NCBI GenBank assembly: GCA_963720755.1
Contig: CAVRGP010000013.1
Location: 229,512 to 293,511, forward strand
Direction: 5' to 3'
Length of the DNA stretch: 64,000 nucleotides
Origin: an uncultured Chloroflexia bacterium
GTDB taxonomy: Bacteria; Chloroflexota; Limnocylindria; Limnocylindrales; CSP1-4
In this document: in pieces, positions 1-8,587 of the stretch
Layout of the letters: each line of letters opens with the position of its first letter
Position numbering within the stretch: the first letter of the stretch is position 1
The notes under the pieces: model-generated
What the model was told of the DNA's origin: nothing
The model's database searches: none
Seen by the model: only the letters and a program-made list of their open reading frames with translations
Translations under genes and position numbers: made by a program

Positions 1-34
1 CAGTGGCTTGGCCGGCCGGTGACCGGCCACCCGG

Positions 35-1189
35 TCAGGGCCAGATCGGGCTGCCGGCAGCGGTGATGAGGTGCAGTTCCGCGATGGCCTTCTCGGCGAT
101 CGGGCCGGGGAGTGGCGCGTAGCCGAGGTCGGCCTCTTTCGACTGGCCGTCGGTCAAGGCCCAGTAGGTGAACGCCACCAGGGCCTGGCCCTTCGTCGCG
201 TCGGCCTGCTCCTGGTAGATCAGGAGATAGGTGTACGAGGCGATCGGGTAGGTATCGGCACCGGCGCCGTTGATGATCGGGGCCTGGCGGAAGTCGGCCG
301 GGAACGTGTCCACGGCGGCTTCAGCGGCGGCGGTCACGCCATCGGTCGAACCGGCGACGAAGTTGCCGTCGGCGTTCTTGACGTACGCGGAGTCGAGCCC
401 GGTCGCCGCGGCGTAGTTGAGTTCGACGTAGCCGATCGCGCCGGGGGTCTGTTTGACCGCGGTGGCGACGCCGTCGTTGCCGGAGGCGCCGATCCCGGTC
501 GGCCACGGGACTTCCTTGCCCTTGCCGACCGAGCTCGACCAGGTCGGATCGACCGTATCGAGATAGGTCGTGAACGCATTGGTCGTGCCCGATCCGTCCG
601 AGCGGTGGACCACGAGAATGGCTAGATCCGGCAGCGTGATATCGGGGTTGTTGGCTGCGATCTTCGGATCGTTCCACTTGGTGATCGTGCCGAGGTAGAT
701 CTCAGCGATGTTGGCCGAGTCAAGCTGGAGCTTGGGGGTGTCCGGCAGGTTGTAGATGACCACGACGGCACCGAGCGCGGTCGGGACGTGGAGCAGGGTC
801 GTGCCGGATGGCAGAGCCGAGATCTCCTCGTCCTTCATCGGCGCGTCGGAGGCGCCGAAGTCGACCGTCTGCTGGGTGATCGCGGTGATCCCGCCACCCG
901 ACCCGATCGACTGGTAGTTGAACTGGATATTGCCGTGGAGATCCGTGTAATCCTGGAACCACGTCTCGTAGAGCGGGGTCGGGAACGTCGCCCCGGCGCC
1001 CTGCAGCGTCACATCGGCGCTCGGCGGCTGAGGGCCACTCATCGCCGGCGGTGTGCTCGCGTCGGTCGATGGCGCCGTCGTCGGCGCGGTGGTCGGAGCG
1101 GTCGTCGAGCCACTGCTGGAGCAGGCGCTCACGGCGATCGCAGCGATCAGGGCGACCGCTCCGATCGAACGATTGAGTGAGATCGTCAC
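35..1189 (-). CDS. pstS: phosphate ABC transporter substrate-binding lipoprotein (PstS)
   Basis: ORF 35..1261(-). PstS-type binding-protein sequence (GAGATFPTPLYETW, QSIGSGGGI, DFGASDAPM). Probable GTG start at 1189 with AGGAGG about 10 nt upstream, followed by a lipoprotein-like signal ending AVSAC. Confidence 0.9.
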   Translation of the reverse strand: MTISLNRSIGAVALIAAIAVSACSSSGSTTAPTTAPTTAPSTDASTPPAMSGPQPPSADVTLQGAGATFPTPLYETWFQDYTDLHGNIQFNYQSIGSGGGITAITQQTVDFGASDAPMKDEEISALPSGTTLLHVPTALGAVVVIYNLPDTPKLQLDSANIAEIYLGTITKWNDPKIAANNPDITLPDLAILVVHRSDGSGTTNAFTTYLDTVDPTWSSSVGKGKEVPWPTGIGASGNDGVATAVKQTPGAIGYVELNYAAATGLDSAYVKNADGNFVAGSTDGVTAAAEAAVDTFPADFRQAPIINGAGADTYPIASYTYLLIYQEQADATKGQALVAFTYWALTDGQSKEADLGYAPLPGPIAEKAIAELHLITAAGSPIWP

Positions 1190-1276
1190 GTACTGGATCC
1201 TCCTGTTGGCCGCGCGCGATCGCCGCGGTCGGGTCGTGGGGCAGAACATCCCGTTTGACAAGCGGACCGTCGCAGC

Positions 1277-1320
1277 GCCTTGTCAACGGTCGTTTCCCGC
1301 CGTGTTAAGGGAGCGTTAAC
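1277..1320 (-). promoter_or_regulatory. candidate PHO box (four 11-nt phased direct repeats) upstream of pstS
   Basis: Minus strand reads GTTAACgctcc CTTAACacggc GGGAAAcgacc GTTGACaaggc. These are four related hexamers at exact 11-nt phasing, about 90-130 nt upstream of the pstS start. The architecture is typical of PhoB/PhoP operators. Confidence 0.35.
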
Positions 1321-1352
1321 TCGGGCACCGACCGCCCGGAGCGGCTCAGCCC

Positions 1353-1700
1353 TCAGCCTTCGGTGCGGCTCGTGCCCCGGTAGGCGAGGACCTCGATCGA
1401 TTCGAGCGTGATCAGGCCGTCGCCGACCATCACGTCGAGGTCGGGCAGGACGGCCCGGATCCGGTCCTCCTGGTCGATGACCTCGATGACGATCGGCAGG
1501 TCCTCCGACAGCCGCAGGAGGCGGGTCGTATGGAGATGCGAACTCGCCCCGAAGCCTTCGATCCCGCGGAGGACGGTGGCCCCGGCGAGATGACGTTCGC
1601 GCAGGAACGCGATGATCGCCTGGTACAGCGGCTTGCCGTCCCGATGGTCGGCTTCGCCGATGTAGATCCGGACGAGGAGCGCGGGTCCGTCGATCCCCAT
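1353..1700 (-). CDS. DUF190 (PII-like) protein commonly paired with CrcB
   Basis: C-terminal 115 aa of ORF 1353..2147(-) (MGIDGPALLVRIYIGEADHRDGKPLYQAII..LRGIEGFG). The ATG overlaps the crcB stop (TGATG), implying translational coupling. Confidence 0.8.
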   Translation of the reverse strand: MGIDGPALLVRIYIGEADHRDGKPLYQAIIAFLRERHLAGATVLRGIEGFGASSHLHTTRLLRLSEDLPIVIEVIDQEDRIRAVLPDLDVMVGDGLITLESIEVLAYRGTSRTEG

Positions 1701-2071
1701 CAGATGACCCGTCCGATGGTCAGGCCGGCCGCCACCGCGAGCAATCCGATCAGGATCGAGCCGCCGAGGTTTGCGATCGCCGGCGCCCAGGACCCCGTCT
1801 CGATGAGTCGCCACGACTCGAGCATGTAGGTGGAGAAGGTCGTGTAGGCGCCGATGAACCCGATCATGATCGGACCTCTCACCTCCGCCGGCAGGATGGC
1901 GCGTTCCGTCGTCATGGCGAACAGTACGCCGAGCAGGAACGACCCGGTCGCATTGACCGCGAGGGTGCCCCATGGGAACCCGCCGGCGGTCCGGTCGGTC
2001 ACGAAGCCGTCGACCAGATAGCGCGAGATCGAACCGGCGAAGCCGCCGAGGCCGAGGAGGAGAAGGGCCAT
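1700..2071 (-). CDS. crcB: fluoride channel CrcB/FluC
   Basis: 123-aa four-TM protein with CrcB signatures (GGFAGSISRY, PWGTLAVNATGSFLLG, GFIGAYTTFSTY). Confidence 0.9.
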   Translation of the reverse strand: MALLLLGLGGFAGSISRYLVDGFVTDRTAGGFPWGTLAVNATGSFLLGVLFAMTTERAILPAEVRGPIMIGFIGAYTTFSTYMLESWRLIETGSWAPAIANLGGSILIGLLAVAAGLTIGRVI

Positions 2072-2139
2072 GTTCGCTGAGGATAGCGACGGGTGCGGCC
2101 GTGCGCACAGCGGCTCCGTCCGTCTGGCAGACTTGGGCG

Positions 2140-3105
2140 GTGACCACCGCCGCGACGAATCCCGAGCGCGGTGTCGGGGCGTCGGTGGATATCGGCTCGA
2201 ACTCCGTCCATCTCCTCGTGGCCGGTCTGGCCGGCCATCGGCTCGAGCCGGCGCTTGACGAGTCGGTCTTCCTTGGCCTCGGCAGTCGCGTGGTCGAGCA
2301 GGGCTATCTCGGGGCTCGTGCCCGGTCCGAGCTGATCGCGACGCTCGTCCACTACCTGGAACTGGCCGAGAGCCTGGGGGCGGCGGCCGTGACCCTGATG
2401 GGCACCGAGCCGATCCGCCGGGCCGCCGACGCCGCCGTGATCGTCCACGCCGTCGAAGCCACCGTGGGGGCGCCGCTCCACGTCCTGTCGCACGACGAGG
2501 AGGCGTATCTCATGCTCATCGGCGTGACCGGCGGCCGACCGGTGGCGCGGTCCATGCTCGTCGTCGACATCGGCGGAGGCAGTTCCGAGTTCTGTGTGGT
2601 CGACCCGAGCCGCCGGCCACACCCCTCGGGGCTCCAGCTCGGGTCAGCCCGCCTGACGGACCGGTTCGTCAGGCACGATCCACCCACCGCCGACGAGGTT
2701 GCCGGGATGCGCGCCGCCGCGGCCGAGGTCGTCGCGACCGGCGCCCCGAAGGCCGACCCGGACGAGATCGTCGCGGTCGCCGGGACCGCCTCGAACCTGC
2801 TCAAGATCCTGCCCGAAGCCATGCGCGACCGGATCCTGACCCGGGAGCGGGTCGGGACGATCCAGGCGATCCTCGCTACCGAGCCGGCGGCGGTCGTCGC
2901 GGAACGACACCTGGTCAAGCCGATCCGGGCTCGGCTGCTGCCGGCAGGAGCGGCGATCGTCGACGCGATCATGGACCGCTACGGGATCGACCAGGTCCGG
3001 GTGTCCGACGCCGGCGTGCGTGAGGGAGCGATCCTGGCCGTCGACCACGGCGGTCCCGCCTGGCGTGATCGCCTCGCCACGTTGGCCCAGGGCTGGATCG
3101 GGTAG
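2140..3105 (+). CDS. ppx: Ppx/GppA family exopolyphosphatase (short, ASKHA-fold only)
   Basis: ORF 1972..3105(+). Homology begins near the in-frame GTG at 2140 (VDIGSNSVHLLVA, VVDIGGGSSEF, AGTASNL). The upstream part of the ORF overlaps crcB and is Arg-rich junk. Confidence 0.85.
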   Translation: MTTAATNPERGVGASVDIGSNSVHLLVAGLAGHRLEPALDESVFLGLGSRVVEQGYLGARARSELIATLVHYLELAESLGAAAVTLMGTEPIRRAADAAVIVHAVEATVGAPLHVLSHDEEAYLMLIGVTGGRPVARSMLVVDIGGGSSEFCVVDPSRRPHPSGLQLGSARLTDRFVRHDPPTADEVAGMRAAAAEVVATGAPKADPDEIVAVAGTASNLLKILPEAMRDRILTRERVGTIQAILATEPAAVVAERHLVKPIRARLLPAGAAIVDAIMDRYGIDQVRVSDAGVREGAILAVDHGGPAWRDRLATLAQGWIG

Positions 3106-3113
3106 TCGGGCGG

Positions 3114-5174
3114 TCAGAGCCCCGAGACGACGCGTCCGAGGCCGCGCCGGAAGCCGATCCCGGCGACGCCCCGCCAGGGCACGGCGATGGTGCGCCGGAG
3201 ACGGGCGACCTCACGTTCTCGGCTCACGAGATACCGCCCGATCGCGGCGCTTTGCGCGCCCGACAAGTCGCCAGCGTGTTCCACCAGGAACGTCCTGGCC
3301 ATCGAGGCAGCGACGTCGGCGTCATTCATCAGGCCGAGGTGATCCTGGAGGGCGGTCACCCGGGCGATGAGCGGTCCCGCGTCCTCGCCGAGCGCCTCAC
3401 GAACGAACTCGAGCGTGTAGCGCAACCACTTGCCGGCGATCCGGAGTTCATGGAGGGTCTCGACGTCGGCCCAGCGAAGGACGGGCTCGTAGCCGCGAAC
3501 CTGTTCGTAGGCCGTCCAGATCCGGGATGCGGTCGTATCCCGGACCCGGTGGGGCTGGGTCGGCCCGACGGGCAGGACCGCGGACCCCTCGGTCCGGACG
3601 AAGTCCCGGTAGTCGTCGACCCATCGACGATAGCCATCCGAGTCCAGTTCCCGGACGAGCAGGACCCGGGCGTCATCGCGATGCTGGCGCCAGTCACGCA
3701 GGAGCGGATCGAGGGCACGTTGCTCGGAGGCCGGCAGATCTGACCGATAGTGGTCGGCGGCCTCGATGAGCACGTCGAGATCGCGGACGGCCCCAAGGCG
3801 CGAGGCGATCTCCTGCAGACCCGTGCGATACCGCCGGGTCCGCCGCTTTCGGAACGAGCTCCCGAAGACCCGCCAGGCCGCACGTTGTCGACGGGTCGCC
3901 ACCCGCATGGCGTGGAGTTCCTCGGGATCGTTGCCGGCGCGCGTCCCGGCCTCGCGAGCCAGCATCCGGGCGAGATGGAAGCGGAGCACCTTGCGGGCCG
4001 CTTCGGCGACATGATCGTCGGCCGTCACGCCCGGTGACTTGCCCACGACCAGGTGGGTCTCGGTCGGCGGAGCATCCTCGGCGGCTTCGCTGACGACGTC
4101 CGACGAGCTGGGCACCACCTCGGTCGAGGTCTCGCCGAGCAGCGCGTCGGCAACCGCAGCGAGGTCGTCGCCGGCCTCGATCTCGGCCTCGATCTCAGCC
4201 TCCTCGGCCTCCTCAGCCGCGGCTTCCTCGTCGTCGACCGCGTCAGCCGCGGCTTCCTCGTCGTCGACCGCGTCAGCCGCGGCCTGCTCGACCTCCTCGA
4301 CTGCATCCGCCCCGGCATGCTCGATCTCCTCGACCGCGTCAGCCGCAGCCCGCTCGACCTCCTCGATGGCTTCGGCGGCAGCCCGCTCGATCTCCTCGTC
4401 CGCGTCAGCCGCAGCCTGCCCGACCTCCTCGCCCGCTTCGGCATCGGACGCCGGGATATGGGCCGCCTCGGCTCGCTCTGCCGCTTCGGCCTCCTCGGTG
4501 GCCCGTGGAGACGCTTCGACCGGCGCGGCCGGCTCCTGGTCGCGCACGGATGCCATCGCCGCTTCGAGCTTGCTGTCGCTGACCGACTCGAGCGCGGCAT
4601 CGAGACTGAAGACATCGGCCAGGTGGGTGAGCCGGGCCTCATCGCCCTTGACCAGTTCTGCCTCCAACTCGGCGAATCGATCGATCACCCGTGAATGGGC
4701 CACGACGTCGACCTCGTCGAGGCTCAGTTCGACCCGGGTGTCGCCGTCCCGGACGACCCGCTTCCGCCGCAGCTGGCGGATCGTGACCAGCTCGATGAGC
4801 GGCGCATCGCCGGCGATCTCAAGGACCAGGGAGCGCGCATCCGAGGCCGGCCAGGCGTGCGGTGGCGTGGCCCGGTCGGCGGGACCCTCGATCTCCTCGC
4901 GGCGGAACGACCCACCGGCACCTTCTTCGTGCGCCGTGGACTTGACCGACACGACGGTGCCCCGCCCGGACTGGCGGATCCGAACGGCGAAGCCGGCCCG
5001 TGCCAGCGCACCGTCGGCGGTGTCGACGTAGCGATCCTCGGATTGCGAGGCTCGCGCGGTCGTGGCACCGACGAAGGGGCCGATCGACTTGGCCACGAGA
5101 TACCGCTCTGCCGCGGTCAGGTCGAGCACTCGATACTTGAGCTCGACCTCGACGGGACGATCCGGCGCCGTCAT
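3114..5174 (-). CDS. CYTH domain - acidic repeat linker - CHAD domain protein
   Basis: ORF 3114..5342(-). N-terminal CYTH (VEVELKYRV.., EIEGP). Central E/A/D-rich repeats. C-terminal CHAD (EELHAMRVATRRQRAAWRVF, LGLMNDADV). The ATG at 5174 overlaps the ppk1 stop (ATGA). Confidence 0.85.
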   Translation of the reverse strand: MTAPDRPVEVELKYRVLDLTAAERYLVAKSIGPFVGATTARASQSEDRYVDTADGALARAGFAVRIRQSGRGTVVSVKSTAHEEGAGGSFRREEIEGPADRATPPHAWPASDARSLVLEIAGDAPLIELVTIRQLRRKRVVRDGDTRVELSLDEVDVVAHSRVIDRFAELEAELVKGDEARLTHLADVFSLDAALESVSDSKLEAAMASVRDQEPAAPVEASPRATEEAEAAERAEAAHIPASDAEAGEEVGQAAADADEEIERAAAEAIEEVERAAADAVEEIEHAGADAVEEVEQAAADAVDDEEAAADAVDDEEAAAEEAEEAEIEAEIEAGDDLAAVADALLGETSTEVVPSSSDVVSEAAEDAPPTETHLVVGKSPGVTADDHVAEAARKVLRFHLARMLAREAGTRAGNDPEELHAMRVATRRQRAAWRVFGSSFRKRRTRRYRTGLQEIASRLGAVRDLDVLIEAADHYRSDLPASEQRALDPLLRDWRQHRDDARVLLVRELDSDGYRRWVDDYRDFVRTEGSAVLPVGPTQPHRVRDTTASRIWTAYEQVRGYEPVLRWADVETLHELRIAGKWLRYTLEFVREALGEDAGPLIARVTALQDHLGLMNDADVAASMARTFLVEHAGDLSGAQSAAIGRYLVSREREVARLRRTIAVPWRGVAGIGFRRGLGRVVSGL
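4212..4420. repeat. in-frame tandem repeats inside the CYTH-CHAD linker
   Basis: Exact 30-nt unit tcagccgcggcttcctcgtcgtcgaccgcg at 4212-4241 and 4242-4271 (encodes AADAVDDEEA x2). It is followed by degenerate units of about 39 nt (..AVEE[VI]E[QHR]AAADA..). Confidence 0.9.
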
Positions 5175-7348
5175 GCGCGTGGATCCAGCGACCCGACGAG
5201 GGCGCCCGGCTGGCGCGGCGTGCTGACGACGGTCCCGTGCTCCAGCGCGTCCTCCTTCATCGCCTCGAAGGTGTCGATCGTGCCCTCCCGGCCCTCGAGG
5301 TCCTCCGTGCGGACCCAGGTCGCGTCCGACTGGAGCTGCCACGACCGCCGGTCATCGGCAAGCATGACATCGATGATCTCGGCCAGTCGTGTCTGGGCGT
5401 CATGATCCTCGACCGGTGCCACGGCTTCCACCCGTCGGTCGAGGTTTCGATCCATCAGGTCGGCCGATCCGATGTACCAGTCCCGCATGCCGCCGTTCTC
5501 GAAACTCCAGATCCGGGAGTGCTCGAGGAACTCGCCGATGATCGAGCGGACCCGGATGTTCTCGGAGACGCCGGGGAGCCCGGGCTGGATGCAGCAGGCG
5601 CCCCGGATGATGAGATCGATGCTGACGCCCGCGTTCGACGCACGGTAGAGCGCTTCCATCACCGCGATATCCACGATGGCATTCAGCTTGAGGATGATCC
5701 GCGCCGGTCGGCCCGCCGTGGCATGACCGATCTCGCGCTCGACCAATTCGAGGAAGCGGGATCGGAGGCTGTGTGGCGCGACGAGCAGGCGGCGGAACGA
5801 GCGCTGGCGAGACAACCCCGTCAGGTTGTTGAACAGGTCGGTCACGTCCGCGCCCATCTCCGGCCGGCAGGTGAGCAGTCCGATGTCGACGTAGAGACGG
5901 GCGGTCTTGGGGTTGTAGTTCCCGGTCCCGATGTGCACGTAGCGTCGCAGGCGAGCACCCTCGCGACGGACGACCAGGGCCGTCTTGCTATGGGTCTTGA
6001 GGCCGACCAGCCCGTAGACGACATGGGCACCCGCCCGTTCCAGCTTGCGTGCCCAGATGATGTTGGCCTCTTCATCGAAGCGAGCCTTGATCTCGACCAG
6101 GACGACCACCTGTTTGCCGCGCTCGGCGGCCCGGATCAGCGACTGGACGATGGCCGAGTCACCGGAGGTCCGATACAGGGTCATCTTGATGGTCAGGACG
6201 TCGGGATCGCCCGCGGCCTGGGTGATGAATCGCTCGACCGACGCGACGAACGACTCGTACGGGTGGTGGACGAGGATGTCGCCGGCGCGGATCGCGGCAA
6301 AGACATCGGCCGGCTCATCCTCATCGGGCGGGATCAACCTCGGCGGCGTGACCGGCGACCAGGGCAGCGGCCGCAGGTCCGGGCGATCGAGCTCGGCGAC
6401 CGCCCACAGGCCGGTCAGGTCGAGCATCCCGCTGATCTCGTAACAATCCTCGTCGCCGAGGCCAAGGCCGCGCAGCAGCAGGGCCCGCGTCGACGCCGGC
6501 ATCGATCGTTCGACCTCGAGTCGGACCGCCGCCCCGAAGCGTCGGCGCCGGAGTTCCTCCTCGATGGCCAGGAGGAGGTCGTCGGCCTCGTCTTCCTCGA
6601 TCTCGAAGTCGGCATTCCGGGTCACCCGGAAGAGGTGGTGTTCTTCGACCTCCATCCCGCTGAACAACGTGTCGAGGTTCGCCTCGATGACCTGGTCCAG
6701 CAGGACGAACCGCGACGGGCCGACCTCGAGCAGGCGGGGCAGGATCTGGGGAACCTTCACCCGTGCGAACCCGCGCTCACCGGTCTCTGGATCACGCAGC
6801 CCGACGGCGATCGACAGGCTGAGGGTCGAGATGTACGGGAACGGGTGGCCCGGATCCACGGCAAGCGGGGTCAGGACCGGGAAGATCTCATCGAGGAAGC
6901 GTTGCCGGAGCGATTCGTGGTGTTCCGGGATCGCGGCGTAGTCGACCAGTTCGACGCCCTCGGTCGCGAGTGCCCGGCGGACCGACACGAAGATCGCGGA
7001 ATGCTCGGCGACGAGTCCAAGGATGCGCTCGCGCGCCGCGACCAGTTGCTCCTCGGCGGTCCGGCCGTCGGGTGAGCGGGCGACCTTGCCGGCCTCGACC
7101 TGCTGGCGCAGGCCCGCGATCCGGACCTGGAAGAACTCGTCGAGGTTGCCGGCGAAGATGGCCAGGAACTTGACCCGTTCGAGCAGGGGATTGCGTTCGT
7201 CCCGGGCCTCGTGCAGGACGCGAGCGTTGAACTCGAGCCACGACAGCTCGCGGTTCAGGTACGGGAACGTCGCCTTCGGTCGGCCGCCCCGACGAGGTCG
7301 CCGCGCGACCGTCGCTTGGGCGGGCACTTGTTGATCGGTCGCGGCCAT
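5171..7348 (-). CDS. ppk: polyphosphate kinase 1
   Basis: 725-aa ORF with PPK1 N-terminus (YLNRELSWLEFNARVLHEA) and both PLD-like HKD regions (LKTHSKTALVVRRE, EFLEHSRIW). Confidence 0.95.
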   Translation of the reverse strand: MAATDQQVPAQATVARRPRRGGRPKATFPYLNRELSWLEFNARVLHEARDERNPLLERVKFLAIFAGNLDEFFQVRIAGLRQQVEAGKVARSPDGRTAEEQLVAARERILGLVAEHSAIFVSVRRALATEGVELVDYAAIPEHHESLRQRFLDEIFPVLTPLAVDPGHPFPYISTLSLSIAVGLRDPETGERGFARVKVPQILPRLLEVGPSRFVLLDQVIEANLDTLFSGMEVEEHHLFRVTRNADFEIEEDEADDLLLAIEEELRRRRFGAAVRLEVERSMPASTRALLLRGLGLGDEDCYEISGMLDLTGLWAVAELDRPDLRPLPWSPVTPPRLIPPDEDEPADVFAAIRAGDILVHHPYESFVASVERFITQAAGDPDVLTIKMTLYRTSGDSAIVQSLIRAAERGKQVVVLVEIKARFDEEANIIWARKLERAGAHVVYGLVGLKTHSKTALVVRREGARLRRYVHIGTGNYNPKTARLYVDIGLLTCRPEMGADVTDLFNNLTGLSRQRSFRRLLVAPHSLRSRFLELVEREIGHATAGRPARIILKLNAIVDIAVMEALYRASNAGVSIDLIIRGACCIQPGLPGVSENIRVRSIIGEFLEHSRIWSFENGGMRDWYIGSADLMDRNLDRRVEAVAPVEDHDAQTRLAEIIDVMLADDRRSWQLQSDATWVRTEDLEGREGTIDTFEAMKEDALEHGTVVSTPRQPGALVGSLDPRA

Positions 7349-7400
7349 GGACTATCTGGGCCTTTTCCAGCGGGCTCGCGAGGATAGCATGGCCCGTCGC

Positions 7401-7763
7401 TCAGTCCTCGGGTACATATCGCCGTTCTCCCGAAGTGGGATCGGTCCAGACCCGCATCCGCTGGCTCGAGGTCGGATCCACGAACACTTCGTCGCTCCGC
7501 CGGAACCGCGGCTCGAGCCGGGTCCCCGATGGCTCTCCGCCCGCGCGCCCGGCAGGGTCGCCTCGTCGATCCGTGGCCTCGGATCGGTAGCGCACGCGTT
7601 CGATGAGCGTGCCCACGATGACCACGACCCCGACCGCCCCGATCCACAGTCCGGTGATGAACGCACCACCGCCCGTCGCCGACATGACCGCGAGGCCGGC
7701 CGCACACATCGTCACCCCGAACAGGAGCACCACGATCCGTGCGGCGCCGAGGCTGCCGCTCAT
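7401..7763 (-). CDS. small two-TM membrane protein (hypothetical)
   Basis: Last 120 codons of ORF 7401..8267(-), starting MSGSLGAARIVVLLFGV. The ATG at 7763 sits immediately after the ybjQ-like stop. Two hydrophobic helices. Confidence 0.55.
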   Translation of the reverse strand: MSGSLGAARIVVLLFGVTMCAAGLAVMSATGGGAFITGLWIGAVGVVVIVGTLIERVRYRSEATDRRGDPAGRAGGEPSGTRLEPRFRRSDEVFVDPTSSQRMRVWTDPTSGERRYVPED

Positions 7764-8113
7764 TCGACCGGCAACGGTCCGGCTGAGCCGTCCGGATCCG
7801 GTGCGACGACCGCGGCCGTGCCGTAGGCCACGATCTCGCTCATCGTTCCCGACAGCTCGGAGCTGTCGAAGCGCATGGACAGGACGGCGTTCGCCCCGAG
7901 CACGGTCGCATTCGCGACGAGGCGATCGAGGGCCTGGCGGCGGGTATCCTCGAGCAGGCTCGTGTACTCGTGGATCTCGCCGCCTCCGAGCGATCGCAGG
8001 CCGGCCATCAGGTTCCCGCCGAGGCCGCGACTGCGGACGACGAGGCCGAAGACCATCCCCTTGCTTTCCACGATCCGATAGCCGCCGACGTAGGGCGTGG
8101 TGACGACGATCAT
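7760..8113 (-). CDS. YbjQ/UPF0145 family protein
   Basis: C-terminal 117 aa of ORF 7760..9475(-) (MIVVTTPYVGGYRIVESKGMVFG..GANAVLSMRFDSS). The ATG overlaps the upstream stop (ATGA). Confidence 0.85.
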   Translation of the reverse strand: MIVVTTPYVGGYRIVESKGMVFGLVVRSRGLGGNLMAGLRSLGGGEIHEYTSLLEDTRRQALDRLVANATVLGANAVLSMRFDSSELSGTMSEIVAYGTAAVVAPDPDGSAGPLPVE

Positions 8114-8487
8114 GCGTGCTCCTTGTGGCGATCGGTCTGGCTGACGTCCGTCGATCCGGCGCGGGCAGCCAGGCAAGCCGCACAGGGACACCGGTCGCGC
8201 AACATCGTGAACGTGTAGTAGCCCGTGTGGTGACCATCGGCCCAGCTCGGGGCGATCGCGTAGCCACCGACCATGGCCAGGTCGACGAGGCGAGTCTGTT
8301 CCTCGGTCAGCGTCGGGGCCCCATCCAGCCAGCCCGGCAGCCCGGCCTCGCCGCGACAGAACGCACAGGGGCACAGCCAGCGCAACGCGACCGCGTCGAA
8401 TTCGCTCAGGTGGCCGTCGTCCCAGGTGATCGCGAGCAGGCCGGCGCCGCGATCGGCGTGGATCGAGACCGGGGTAGGGGCGTGCAT
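8110..8487 (-). CDS. DUF971 (gamma-butyrobetaine hydroxylase N-terminal-like) zinc-binding protein
   Basis: ORF 8110..8544(-). LAITWDDGHLSEF, LRWLCPCAFC and DRCPCAAC motifs. Start is either ATG 8487 or ATG 8544. Confidence 0.75.
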   Translation of the reverse strand: MHAPTPVSIHADRGAGLLAITWDDGHLSEFDAVALRWLCPCAFCRGEAGLPGWLDGAPTLTEEQTRLVDLAMVGGYAIAPSWADGHHTGYYTFTMLRDRCPCAACLAARAGSTDVSQTDRHKEHA

Positions 8488-8587
8488 ACCGTCGATCGTA
8501 CCCCGTCGAGCCACTCTCGAGGGAGAAGTGGTGCGTGCCGCCACCGGCCAGGCCAGGGATCCGCCGAAACCGGGCTATGCTCGGCTC

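Noticed and set aside
2072-2155. A possible fluoride (crcB-motif) riboswitch upstream of crcB. The minus strand reads GGCGGUGGUCACCGCCCAAGUCUGCC.., resembling the 5' half of the motif (GGCGAUG..CGCCCAAACUGCC) as I recall it.
   Set aside because: I cannot find the 3' half. There is no GCUGAUGA-like segment complementary to the P1 loop for the pseudoknot, and no clean P3 stem. The segment is mostly a simple GGCGGUG/CACCGCC hairpin that also overlaps the ppx start on the other strand. An Infernal scan with RF01734 would settle it.
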